DNA of 64,000 nt from Spirochaetota bacterium (GTDB lineage Bacteria; Spirochaetota; UBA12135; COTS27; CAXSBA01): positions 906,411 through 970,410 of the forward strand of contig OZ245054.1 in NCBI GenBank assembly GCA_965224715.1, read 5' to 3'. Both the position numbers and the translations under genes were made by a program. A model generated the notes under the pieces. The model was not told the origin of the DNA and ran no database searches. It saw only the letters and a program-made list of their open reading frames with translations. Each line of letters starts with the position of its first letter. Position 1 is the stretch's first letter. Positions 30,355 to 39,078 of the stretch are shown in pieces.

Positions 30355-30888
30355 GTGTTTCTTCAAACTCAAATCAGATGCATTCTCACAGGAGGGACCA
30401 TCGATAACCGCTATCATCAACGTTTAGGGAAGATGGTGATAGGCAATAATGTAGAGAAAATGTTAAAAGACTTTCGTCTTCCCCATCATCGTATTATCAC
30501 TGAAAGGCTTTTTAAAATTGATTCTCGGAATATGACACAGGATCATCGATCTCAGATCATTACGATTATTCGAAAAAGTAAAGAAAGGAAGATCATCATC
30601 ACCCATGGTACCGATACCATTGTGGAAACCGCTCGTTATCTAAGGAAGAATCTGTCTGTCCTGGAAAAGAAAAAAAAGGTGGTAGTACTTACCGGAGCTC
30701 TGGTTCCTTACGGAGTAATGGGGGGAACACCTTCTGGTCAAAGAAAGGATGCTAAAATCAATCTAATTTCGGCTATCGCTATGCTGGAAGTGTTAACATC
30801 TAATGTTTGGATCACTTTTCATGGACGGAAGATCAATCCACTCAGGGCCTACAAGGATTATTCTCAGCTTACCCTATTGGAAAAATAG
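30355..30888 (+). CDS. Asparaginase/glutaminase N-terminal-domain protein (short, 177 aa)
   Basis: ILTGGTID...DSRNMTQ...IITHGTDTIVETARYL...VVVLTGALVPY are asparaginase N-domain motifs. The C-terminal domain is absent. Confidence 0.5.
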   Translation: MFLQTQIRCILTGGTIDNRYHQRLGKMVIGNNVEKMLKDFRLPHHRIITERLFKIDSRNMTQDHRSQIITIIRKSKERKIIITHGTDTIVETARYLRKNLSVLEKKKKVVVLTGALVPYGVMGGTPSGQRKDAKINLISAIAMLEVLTSNVWITFHGRKINPLRAYKDYSQLTLLEK

Positions 30889-30950
30889 TATTATAATAGG
30901 TTAGCTGAATTATGAATATTGAGTATTAATTTTTTCATTAAGGAGTATTT

Positions 30951-31994
30951 ATGGAACAGAGAAGATTAGGAGAAACAGATTTAAAGGTATCTAAAATCTG
31001 TCTAGGAACTATGACTTGGGGGGAGCAGAATAGTGAAGAAGAGGCTTTTTCGCAAATGGACTATGCAATGGGGCAAGGGATTAATTTTTTTGATACGGCA
31101 GAAATCTATGCTGTCCCCCCTAGGACAGAAACTTATGGTAAGACAGAAACGATGGTAGGGCGTTGGTTTAAAAAAACAGGTCATCGTCAAAAAATTATTC
31201 TGGCAACAAAAATGGCAGGGCCACGCCCCACATGGGTTCGTGAAGGTCGGGGGCTTGTTGTTTCGGACATTGAAGAAGCGATTAATGGCTCATTAAAAAG
31301 ACTACAAACGGATACCATTGATCTATATCAGTTGCATTGGCCGCAAAGACAGGTACCGCTTTGGGGAAAGGAAAATTACCATCCAAACATGTTTGATTTG
31401 CAAGCTGCAGAGCAGATGGAAGAATTTTTCTATGCTTTGAGTCGGGAACAGAAAAAAGGACGTATTCGTCATATTGGGGTTTCTAATGAGACCGCTTGGG
31501 GAGTGATGTACTATATGATGATTGCAAGGAAAAGGGAAATTTTACCTATTGTTTCCATTCAAAACGCCTATTCTCTCGTTCGCCGGGAATATGAGGTAGG
31601 TCTTGCAGAAGTTTCTTTGCATACCAAGGTGGGATTGTTGGCCTATTCTCCTTTAGCTGGTGGTTTGCTTTCTGGTAAGTATATTGATGGAGTACAACCG
31701 GAAAAAGCTCGTTTTACACTTTTTCCAGAAATGCAAAGTTATTATAAAAACGAAAAAAGTAACTTAGCGGTCAAGGCTTATCAGAAAATCGCTGAGGAAT
31801 TAAATTTAAGTCTTACCCAATTAAGTTTGGCTTTTGTCAATCAACAGGCTTTTGTTACTTCAAATATTATTGGAGCAACAACTATGGATCAGTTGAAAGA
31901 AAATATTGCTACCCATACGATTACTTTGGATACAGAAGTTTTAAAAAAAATTGACGACATTTTTAGAGAGTATCCAAATCCAGGTAATTTTTAA
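30951..31994 (+). CDS. Aldo/keto reductase, Tas-like
   Basis: LGETDLKVSKICLGTMTWGEQNSEEEAFSQMDYAMGQGINFFDTAEIYAVPP parallels E. coli Tas almost residue by residue. 347 aa. Confidence 0.8.
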   Translation: MEQRRLGETDLKVSKICLGTMTWGEQNSEEEAFSQMDYAMGQGINFFDTAEIYAVPPRTETYGKTETMVGRWFKKTGHRQKIILATKMAGPRPTWVREGRGLVVSDIEEAINGSLKRLQTDTIDLYQLHWPQRQVPLWGKENYHPNMFDLQAAEQMEEFFYALSREQKKGRIRHIGVSNETAWGVMYYMMIARKREILPIVSIQNAYSLVRREYEVGLAEVSLHTKVGLLAYSPLAGGLLSGKYIDGVQPEKARFTLFPEMQSYYKNEKSNLAVKAYQKIAEELNLSLTQLSLAFVNQQAFVTSNIIGATTMDQLKENIATHTITLDTEVLKKIDDIFREYPNPGNF

Positions 31995-32519
31995 TTTATC
32001 TATATGGAGTGTTGGAAGGAATGTAAAAACCTCCTATTTATATTAGGAGAGGTAAGAGAACTTCTGCAGTATAACGACAACTGACAATAAAAGAGCGAAT
32101 CCTGTATCGTTAGCTGCTCGGGCAAGGCTAGAGATCGCACAGACAACCCGCCTAACCGAAACCCTAGTTCTGTCTTTTCAGATAAGAATATAGTATGAAA
32201 CTAGAGTTTTCCAAGCCAGAAAATGTAATAAGCCTTCCAAATTTAATAGGATTACTGTTGTTAATCTTACGTAAATCCATTTTTCCTGTGTGCATATACA
32301 TTTAACGATGTTTTCTTTTCTGTTGTTCCAAAGCGATACATATACAGGACCTCTATAACCAGCATCCGAAGTTGCAAAAATTTTCCAGCTGCCTATTATT
32401 TCTATAAGATTGCCATTCCACCCATGCGTTTGTCTCTGTGGCCGGGGTCCACGTTATTTACATCCTTGCTGTCAAAAATCAACCCGCTACCGTTATTAAA
32501 ATGGCTTGTCAACCTTGCC

Positions 32520-33013
32520 CTAGAATGGTATAGCTAGAGTTAGTGAAATGAGTCTTAGCGTAATCATGGGGGCATTTATCTTTTGAGCGATAAGCACGTT
32601 GATGGAGTTAGTGCTTAGATGACGTTTTAAAGCTCCCTCTGTCATTTCCGTGGTGGTAGGGGCTGGTTTGTTTGTCTCTTTTACAGCGAGAAGATAGTCG
32701 GATATGTTTTTGTTAGCCTTAATGCTGAACAGCACGTAAGAGTCCCGCACATCGGTGTTGGCTCTTTTGGGGATCTCTGTTACTGTGATTTCGGCCTGAC
32801 TACCTGTTTTTGTTTCGTTATCTGCGGTAACGTTACAAGCAATGATTGAGATTGCTAAGAATACAATGACTGAGAACTGTTTGAGAAGAGAAAGATGTTT
32901 TAGATGTAAACTTTTATTTAGAAGATTTGGGGGGAGGGGGGGTGATTTTACTTGAGGGAGCGATTAACTCTGGGGTTTTAGTTTGCTGTAATTTTAGTTT
33001 TGTTTTTAATTTT
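32520..33013 (-). pseudogene. Frameshifted member of the lipoprotein family. Its promoter and first ~60 nt are near-identical to the gene at 37419..38801
   Basis: ATGAAAAAAATTAAAAAC... carries A7 where the paralog has A6, so a stop follows after 13 codons. A second frame change is needed at the C7TC6 tract (32930-32945). Removing one A and one C restores MKKLKTKLKLQQTKTPELIAPSSKITPPPPNLLNKSLHLKHLSLLKQFSVIVFLAISIIAC(NVT...)...AIPF. Confidence 0.5.
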
Positions 33014-33066
33014 TTTCATTAAATGATCCTTTTGATGAATTTTTAAATAATAATAATATTATAAAT

Positions 33067-33095
33067 ATAATAACATACTAACCGTGATTTGTCAA
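33067..33095 (-). promoter_or_regulatory. Near-consensus sigma70 promoter (TTGACA-17-TATTAT) of the lipoprotein-family cassette
   Basis: Minus strand reads ccccaTTGACAaatcacggttagtatgtTATTATattt, with RBS AAAGGA 7 nt before the ATG. Confidence 0.55.
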
Positions 33096-33257
33096 TGGGG
33101 TTTTTTTTTAACGGTTTACTTAGTTTATGTTTGATGATTGTAAAACCCATCTATAGTATACCTAGAATGTTGTGATTAAGAATAAAAGTTTTCTTTAGTT
33201 TGAGTCATTATATAGTTCTTATCTAAATCAGCAGATGAAAAAAATGACGGATTACTT

Positions 33258-34391
33258 TTACAGTTGAAATGACCAGTAAATTGGTTCATTTGATATGACA
33301 GTATCAGGAGTAACTTCAAAACGATTCCGGATATTATTATGAGACAAATCACTGACTCTAGTGGTGATAACTACAGTATAGACAACCCCCTTCTTCCAGA
33401 GTGCAGTAAATTTCCAGCGACTATCATTTTTATCATGAGTAACTGCAACTTTTGTTTTTTCTTGCGGAAGATTTTGGGGATGAATATAAATCCCATCAAC
33501 AATGGAAAAATAATCCATGCTTTCAGAGAAGACCAAAACCAAAGGATCATTCGATGATTTTGGAACAATACTGGACTGAGGTAAGAAGTGAGGGATTTCA
33601 TAGTCCGGAGCTGTTACCTTATAAGTTTTTTGATAATCGCTGGCTAATTTTCTATAAAAAATATCATGGAAACCTTCTTTATTTATTGTTACAGTATATT
33701 CTTCATCTTTTCTGATTGCCGTTTTTCTGATTTTTCCTTTAAGACTAATTCCTCGTTTTACTCTTCCTGGATGAATCATAATCGGCAAATAATTTTGTAT
33801 ATTTTTTCTCGGTGGTAAAAGAAAACTTGTCCATACATTAGATTGTTTAACTCCATCTGTGTTAAGAAGGTTAACATAAAGAAGACTATCTCGTTTTATT
33901 TCTATAGGAGAAGTGAAAAAGGCATAAAAAGTTAAATGATTTTCAGGGATGCTAGAACCCACGGGATAAAATTCTTTTATTGATACTAATGGTTCATCTG
34001 TTGGGATAAAAGCCGGAGTTTGAAATGTTAGGGTGATTTTGTCTCCATTATTGTTGTTTATTCCCTCAGAAGTCCATTCCACCATAAAATTCCCTTGAGG
34101 CATAAGTGGCGATGCTGGTATAAGGCTTAATTCTTCATTAGAATATGAATAGAAAGAATAAACAGGTAGATCATTCTTCTTTCCTTCAACCATTAAATAC
34201 AACCGTAAGATATCTTCCTTTTTTGATTTTTTCTTTTTCAAAAAAGGAACAGAAATCCGAGGAAGCAAAGGATTCTGAGTATCAAGCTTTATAGATTTAA
34301 CTTCTTTGTTGCAAGAAATAAAAACAAATAAAGCAGTGAACAGAAGACAACCATTTTTCATATTACCATATTTTAATTGTCTACTGAGCAC
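33258..34391 (-). CDS. Putative lipoprotein (hypothetical), overlaps the upstream gene by 11 nt
   Basis: MKNGCLLFTALFVFISCNKE signal and lipobox. No family recognised. Confidence 0.45.
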   Translation of the reverse strand: MLSRQLKYGNMKNGCLLFTALFVFISCNKEVKSIKLDTQNPLLPRISVPFLKKKKSKKEDILRLYLMVEGKKNDLPVYSFYSYSNEELSLIPASPLMPQGNFMVEWTSEGINNNNGDKITLTFQTPAFIPTDEPLVSIKEFYPVGSSIPENHLTFYAFFTSPIEIKRDSLLYVNLLNTDGVKQSNVWTSFLLPPRKNIQNYLPIMIHPGRVKRGISLKGKIRKTAIRKDEEYTVTINKEGFHDIFYRKLASDYQKTYKVTAPDYEIPHFLPQSSIVPKSSNDPLVLVFSESMDYFSIVDGIYIHPQNLPQEKTKVAVTHDKNDSRWKFTALWKKGVVYTVVITTRVSDLSHNNIRNRFEVTPDTVISNEPIYWSFQL

Positions 34392-35685
34392 TTACAGCTT
34401 CTAGCCAAACATTATCTTTATTTTTTAAAGCAAATAATAGTTTTTCTTCGGAATAATAAGGAACACCCGAAATCCATTCCTCCCCGACCTTTAAGGTCGT
34501 TCTTTTATATTCACTTTCTGATAAGTCGGGGAACTGCGATGAGAACTGAGGATCTAATATGTCTACATTTTTACCGGACTTTAAATCATCATTATTATAG
34601 CTCCCGTCAATATACTTTGAACCGATTCTTTCAAAATATCTATCTTCATAAGAGGATAATATAAAATAATAAGTATCTTTTTTACCTGAGACTGTAACTT
34701 CATAGTGAAAAGACTTTTTTGGGTTGTTGAAAGCCATATTAAATGTTTGCACGAAAGTAATTGGATCAAAACTAGAACGAATTTCGGAAGTTGGCAATGA
34801 AAATCCCGGTGAGCAAGTATTTACTCCTGTAAGAAAACTTGTTCCGTCAATAATAGTTACAGACATTTTTTCTACAGGAGCGGATGTACTATATGTTGAG
34901 GGATCTCTTGGCCGGGAACCTGACGTAAATCTTGCTTCCCTATAACCCATACTATTAGTTTGTTGATCATTGGTAATAATAACCTCTTCTTTGTTAAAAG
35001 GAGCCTTTATCCATGCTATTCGAGAGCGTAGCTCCCTTCTATTCCCATAACTTACATATAAATAACTTTCTGCAGTATCCCAAGAAAAATCTATAACCTC
35101 ATCATCTCCAGATTGATGGTTTGTCACATTTATTTTTGCGGTTTTTACTGAACTAAGATCTACTGCTTCAATATTAGTTACATTTTCAGAAATAACTACT
35201 TTATATAACTTCCCCGTATCACCCAAAATGTAAACTCTCTTAGTAATAGGGTCTACTTCAATATTTTTCACCCCAGTGCCAGATCCAGATACAGCTTCAA
35301 GTTTATCTTTAAAATCTGTAGAATTTGAAGACCCGAAACTATCTCCTATATAACCGCTATCGATAGTCCCTGCAATTTCCAATTCTATAATAAAAATATT
35401 AGTCCCATGAGTAGATAAAAAACCTAAAGTATTTCCATATTTATCATTAGCCACTTTAAAGATATTAATATTTTCTTTACTTAAGTCTATGAGAGAATTA
35501 TCACTGAAAACGGAGCCATGGCTAGTTGCAGGAGTATTATCATCATTATCATTCTGTTTAAATACAGTACAACTAGTAATAGTAATCAAACAAATAGCTA
35601 TCATGAGTAAATTAATAAGCCTTTTAAACACTTTTATTATCCCTTTGTTTGGGTAATCTTCTTGAGGTGGTTTTATTTTTTTCAT
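34381..35685 (-). CDS. Putative lipoprotein sharing the family promoter and MKKIK leader
   Basis: MKKIKPPQEDYPNKGIIKVFKRLINLLMIAICLITITSC lipobox. The conserved promoter is at 35724..35752. Confidence 0.5.
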   Translation of the reverse strand: MKKIKPPQEDYPNKGIIKVFKRLINLLMIAICLITITSCTVFKQNDNDDNTPATSHGSVFSDNSLIDLSKENINIFKVANDKYGNTLGFLSTHGTNIFIIELEIAGTIDSGYIGDSFGSSNSTDFKDKLEAVSGSGTGVKNIEVDPITKRVYILGDTGKLYKVVISENVTNIEAVDLSSVKTAKINVTNHQSGDDEVIDFSWDTAESYLYVSYGNRRELRSRIAWIKAPFNKEEVIITNDQQTNSMGYREARFTSGSRPRDPSTYSTSAPVEKMSVTIIDGTSFLTGVNTCSPGFSLPTSEIRSSFDPITFVQTFNMAFNNPKKSFHYEVTVSGKKDTYYFILSSYEDRYFERIGSKYIDGSYNNDDLKSGKNVDILDPQFSSQFPDLSESEYKRTTLKVGEEWISGVPYYSEEKLLFALKNKDNVWLEAVSAQ

Positions 35686-35723
35686 TAAATAATCCTTTTG
35701 ATAAATTTTTAAATAATGATATT

Positions 35724-35752
35724 ATAATAACACATTAACCGTGATTTGTCAA
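35724..35752 (-). promoter_or_regulatory. Conserved family promoter copy (TTGACA-17-TATTAT)
   Basis: Minus strand: cccaTTGACAaatcacggttaatgtgtTATTATaat. Confidence 0.55.
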
Positions 35753-35903
35753 TGGGATTTTGACATAATTTTTTCACTGTGATATAAAAATTTTGTAGAT
35801 GCAGCGACGGCAGAATCGGTTTCATCATAACTTTCTTTATGAAAGACTCTTATTATGAAACCGACTTTGTCTTTGCCATATAACTTATCTTGATAAGAGG
35901 AAA

Positions 35904-37178
35904 TTACAGTTTTTGTTCCCAATTGATACCGTCTGAGGATTTCCATACATCATTATAGCGAGAGCTGCCATCAATTCCACCGATGAGGTATAGTTCATTG
36001 TTAAACACGACTACACTGTGAGCTTGTCTTCCGGAAAACTGAGCTTGGTTAGTCACTTCTGTCCAATCGATACCGTCTGAGGATTTCCATACATCGTTTT
36101 TGAAAGAGCCATCATTTCCAACGATGAGGTATAGTTCATTGTTAAACTTGACTACACTGTGATCGTATCTTCCGGTAAACTGAGCGTTACCAGTCACTTC
36201 TGTCCAATCGATACCGTCTGAGGATTTCCATACATCGTTATAGCGAGTGTTTCCGCCCCCAAATCCACCGATGAGGTATAGTTCATTGTTAAACTCTACT
36301 ACACGGTGACTGTTTCTTTTGGGAAACTGAGCGTTACCAGTCACTTCTGTCCAATCGATACCGTCTGAGGATTTCCATACATCGTTTCTGAAAGAGCCTC
36401 TGCTATGCCCACCGATGAGGTATAGTTCATTGTTAAACTCTACTACACTGGGAGTATTTCTTTCGGAAAACTTAGCTTGAGTGGTAGTCACTTCTGTCCA
36501 GGTAGCACCGTCCGATGATTTCCATATATCATTTAGTTGATTGAAGCCACTACTTTCTCCTCCAATGAGATATAGTTCATTGCTAAACTTGACTAAACTG
36601 TGAAGGTATCTTCCGGAAAACTGAGCATTACCAGTAACTTCTGTCCAGGTAGCACCGTCTGAGGATTTCCATACATCGTTTAGTAGATTGTTGCCGGTAT
36701 CTTGTCCTCCGATGAGGTAGAGTTCATCGTTAAGTTTTACTACACTGTGAGAGTATCTTGCGGAAAAATGATTTACTTTTATGGAAACAGTTCCTGTAAC
36801 CGACCCCTTGTATTGGGGATTATTTTCGGTTACGGTTGCGGTTATGGTGTAAGTATTGGAAAAACCCGGAGCATTGGTTGTTACTGTGATGGTGCCGTTT
36901 GTTAGATTCAGGGTAACTCCATTTGGTAAGGGAGGCTCTACACTGTAGCTGTAGTCGCTATTAGTAGTAGCATCAGAGGGAGTTATGTTGGTTAGCTTAG
37001 CTGTCCTGCTGACTTCGGTTCCGTAATTGACTTGGATATTCTGATAGCTGATGCTACCTGTTATTTGTGTTTTGCCATCTGAGGAATCCGTAGAATTCGT
37101 CTCGGTGCTGCATCCTAAAGTTAGTATAGTCAGGATGGCTGTGAGAGCGATTGTTAATGAGATTTTTATTTTTTTCAT
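35904..37178 (-). CDS. Kelch-repeat beta-propeller lipoprotein (N-terminal Ig-like segment plus 6 Kelch-like blades)
   Basis: MKKIKISLTIALTAILTILTLGCS lipobox, then ~47-aa units repeated 6 times: NNELYLIGG...NDVWKSSDG(A/I)(T/D)WTEVT. Confidence 0.6.
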   Translation of the reverse strand: MKKIKISLTIALTAILTILTLGCSTETNSTDSSDGKTQITGSISYQNIQVNYGTEVSRTAKLTNITPSDATTNSDYSYSVEPPLPNGVTLNLTNGTITVTTNAPGFSNTYTITATVTENNPQYKGSVTGTVSIKVNHFSARYSHSVVKLNDELYLIGGQDTGNNLLNDVWKSSDGATWTEVTGNAQFSGRYLHSLVKFSNELYLIGGESSGFNQLNDIWKSSDGATWTEVTTTQAKFSERNTPSVVEFNNELYLIGGHSRGSFRNDVWKSSDGIDWTEVTGNAQFPKRNSHRVVEFNNELYLIGGFGGGNTRYNDVWKSSDGIDWTEVTGNAQFTGRYDHSVVKFNNELYLIVGNDGSFKNDVWKSSDGIDWTEVTNQAQFSGRQAHSVVVFNNELYLIGGIDGSSRYNDVWKSSDGINWEQKL

Positions 37179-37217
37179 TGAATAAATCCTTTTGATAAAT
37201 TTTTAAATAATGATATT

Positions 37218-37246
37218 ATGATAACACATTAACCATGGTTTGTCAA
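37218..37246 (-). promoter_or_regulatory. Conserved family promoter copy (TTGACA-17-TATCAT)
   Basis: Minus strand: ccctTTGACAaaccatggttaatgtgtTATCATaat. Confidence 0.5.
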
Positions 37247-37418
37247 AGGGCCTTTTTACATGAAATTTTTTCGCTGTGATATGAAAATTTTATGGATTCA
37301 GCGACGACAAAAGAGTTAACGGTTCATCATAATTTTTTCCTTTATTTAGGAAAGAATCAATATTATGGAACCGACTTTGTCGTCGCCATATAACTTGTAT
37401 TACTTCGATAAGAGGAAA

Positions 37419-38801
37419 TTACAGTTTTTGTTCCCAGTCAATACCGTTTGAGGATTTCCATACATCGTTTAGTAGATTGTTGCCGGCCTCTTGTCCACCG
37501 ATGAGGTATAATTCATTATTAAACACGGTTGCACTGTGACCCCGTCTTGCGGAAAACTGAGCTTGACTAGTAACTTCTGTCCAATCGATACCGTCTGAGG
37601 ATTTCCATACATCATTTAGTCGATTGGTGCCATCAAATCCACCGATGAGGTATAGTTCATTATTAAACTCGACTACACTGTGATAGGATCTTTCGGAAAA
37701 CTTAGCTTGAGTGGTAGTCACTTCTGTCCAGGTAGCACTGTCTGAGGATTTCCATATATCGTTTTTGTAAGGGGTTGCGGATGTTCCGCCCTCATATCCA
37801 CCGAAGAGATATAGTTCATTGTTAAACACGACTACATTGTGACTACTTCTTGCGGAAAACTGAGCTTGATTAGTAACTTCTGTCCAAGTAGCACCGTCCG
37901 GTGATTTCCATACATCGTTTTTGTAAGTGATGCCACTATATCCACCGATGAGGTATAGTTCATTGTTAAACACGACTACATTGTGACTATTTCTTGCGGA
38001 AAACTGAGCTTGATTAGTAACTTCTGTCCAAGTAGCACCGTCCGGTGATTTCCATACATCGTTTAGTTGATTGTTGCCGGTATCTTGTCCTCCGATGAGG
38101 TATAGTTCATTATTAAACTTGGTTACATAAGCCCGTCTTGTGGGAAACTGAACTTGATCAGTAACTTTTGTCCAGGTAGCACCGTCCGGTGATTTCCACA
38201 CATCGTTTAGTAGATTGTCGCCGGCCTCTTGTCCTCCGATGAGGTATAATTCATTATTAAGTTCTACTACACTGTGGCCACCTCTTATAGAAAAATGATT
38301 TACTTTTATGGAAACAGTTCCTGTAACCGACCCCTTGTATTGAGGATCATTTTCGGTTACGGTTGCGGTTATGGTGTAAGTGTTGGAAAAACCCGGAGCA
38401 TTGTTTGCTACTGTGATGGTACCGTCTGATGGATTCAGGGTAACTCCATTTGGTAAGGTGGGCTCTACACTGTAGAGGTAGTCGCTATCGATAGCATTAG
38501 AGGGAGTCATATTGGTCAGCTTAGCAGTACTGCTGTCTGTGTTTCCGTAATCGACCTGGATATTCTGATAGCTGATGCTACCTGTTATTTGTGTTTTGTC
38601 AATTGAAGAGTCTGTTTCGGAGTTGCATCCTAAAGTTAATATAGTCAGGATGACCGTGAGAGTGATTGTCATGAGATATCTGAGCCGTGAGCTTTTGTTT
38701 AGATGGATTGAGGGAGAGGGGGGAGGTATTTTGCTTGAGGGAGCGATTAACTCTGGGGTTTTAGTTTGCTGTAATTTTAGTTTTGTTTTTAATTTTTTCA
38801 T
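37419..38801 (-). CDS. Kelch-repeat beta-propeller lipoprotein, paralog of 35904..37178, with a Pro-rich pre-lipobox leader
   Basis: MKKLKTKLKLQQTKTPELIAPSSKIPPPSPSIHLNKSSRLRYLMTITLTVILTILTLGCNS, then the same Ig-like segment (TYTITATVTENDPQYKGSVTGTVSIKVNHF) and 6 Kelch-like repeats. Confidence 0.6.
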   Translation of the reverse strand: MKKLKTKLKLQQTKTPELIAPSSKIPPPSPSIHLNKSSRLRYLMTITLTVILTILTLGCNSETDSSIDKTQITGSISYQNIQVDYGNTDSSTAKLTNMTPSNAIDSDYLYSVEPTLPNGVTLNPSDGTITVANNAPGFSNTYTITATVTENDPQYKGSVTGTVSIKVNHFSIRGGHSVVELNNELYLIGGQEAGDNLLNDVWKSPDGATWTKVTDQVQFPTRRAYVTKFNNELYLIGGQDTGNNQLNDVWKSPDGATWTEVTNQAQFSARNSHNVVVFNNELYLIGGYSGITYKNDVWKSPDGATWTEVTNQAQFSARSSHNVVVFNNELYLFGGYEGGTSATPYKNDIWKSSDSATWTEVTTTQAKFSERSYHSVVEFNNELYLIGGFDGTNRLNDVWKSSDGIDWTEVTSQAQFSARRGHSATVFNNELYLIGGQEAGNNLLNDVWKSSNGIDWEQKL

Positions 38802-38839
38802 TAAATGATCCTTTTGATGAATTTTTAAATAACGATATT

Positions 38840-38868
38840 ATGATAACATATTAACCGTGATTTGTCAA
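38840..38868 (-). promoter_or_regulatory. Conserved family promoter copy (TTGACA-17-TATCAT)
   Basis: Minus strand: ccacTTGACAaatcacggttaatatgtTATCATaat. Confidence 0.5.
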
Positions 38869-39078
38869 GTGGTTTTTTTCTCTCTATATTCTCTGAGTAA
38901 ATCAAAGAACTAAATTCAAGTCATTCATGCGAAATAGAAGCTATGTTAAAATTTATTGAATAAAGTTGTTGTACTTTTTGGAATTTTAATTTCATTGAAG
39001 AAACTAGAAAATAAGAAGTTATCTTGTTAGTTTTTACAGAGTGTTTTATATTTTTGAATAACTGATTATGGAGAAAAA

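Noticed and set aside
32040-32200. Possible tmRNA or other structured RNA in the GC-richer ORF-less tract
   Set aside because: No tRNA-like T-arm (GGTTCGAATCC or its complement), no tag ORF ending in AA-stop, and no recognisable conserved RNA motif. More likely a degraded coding remnant.
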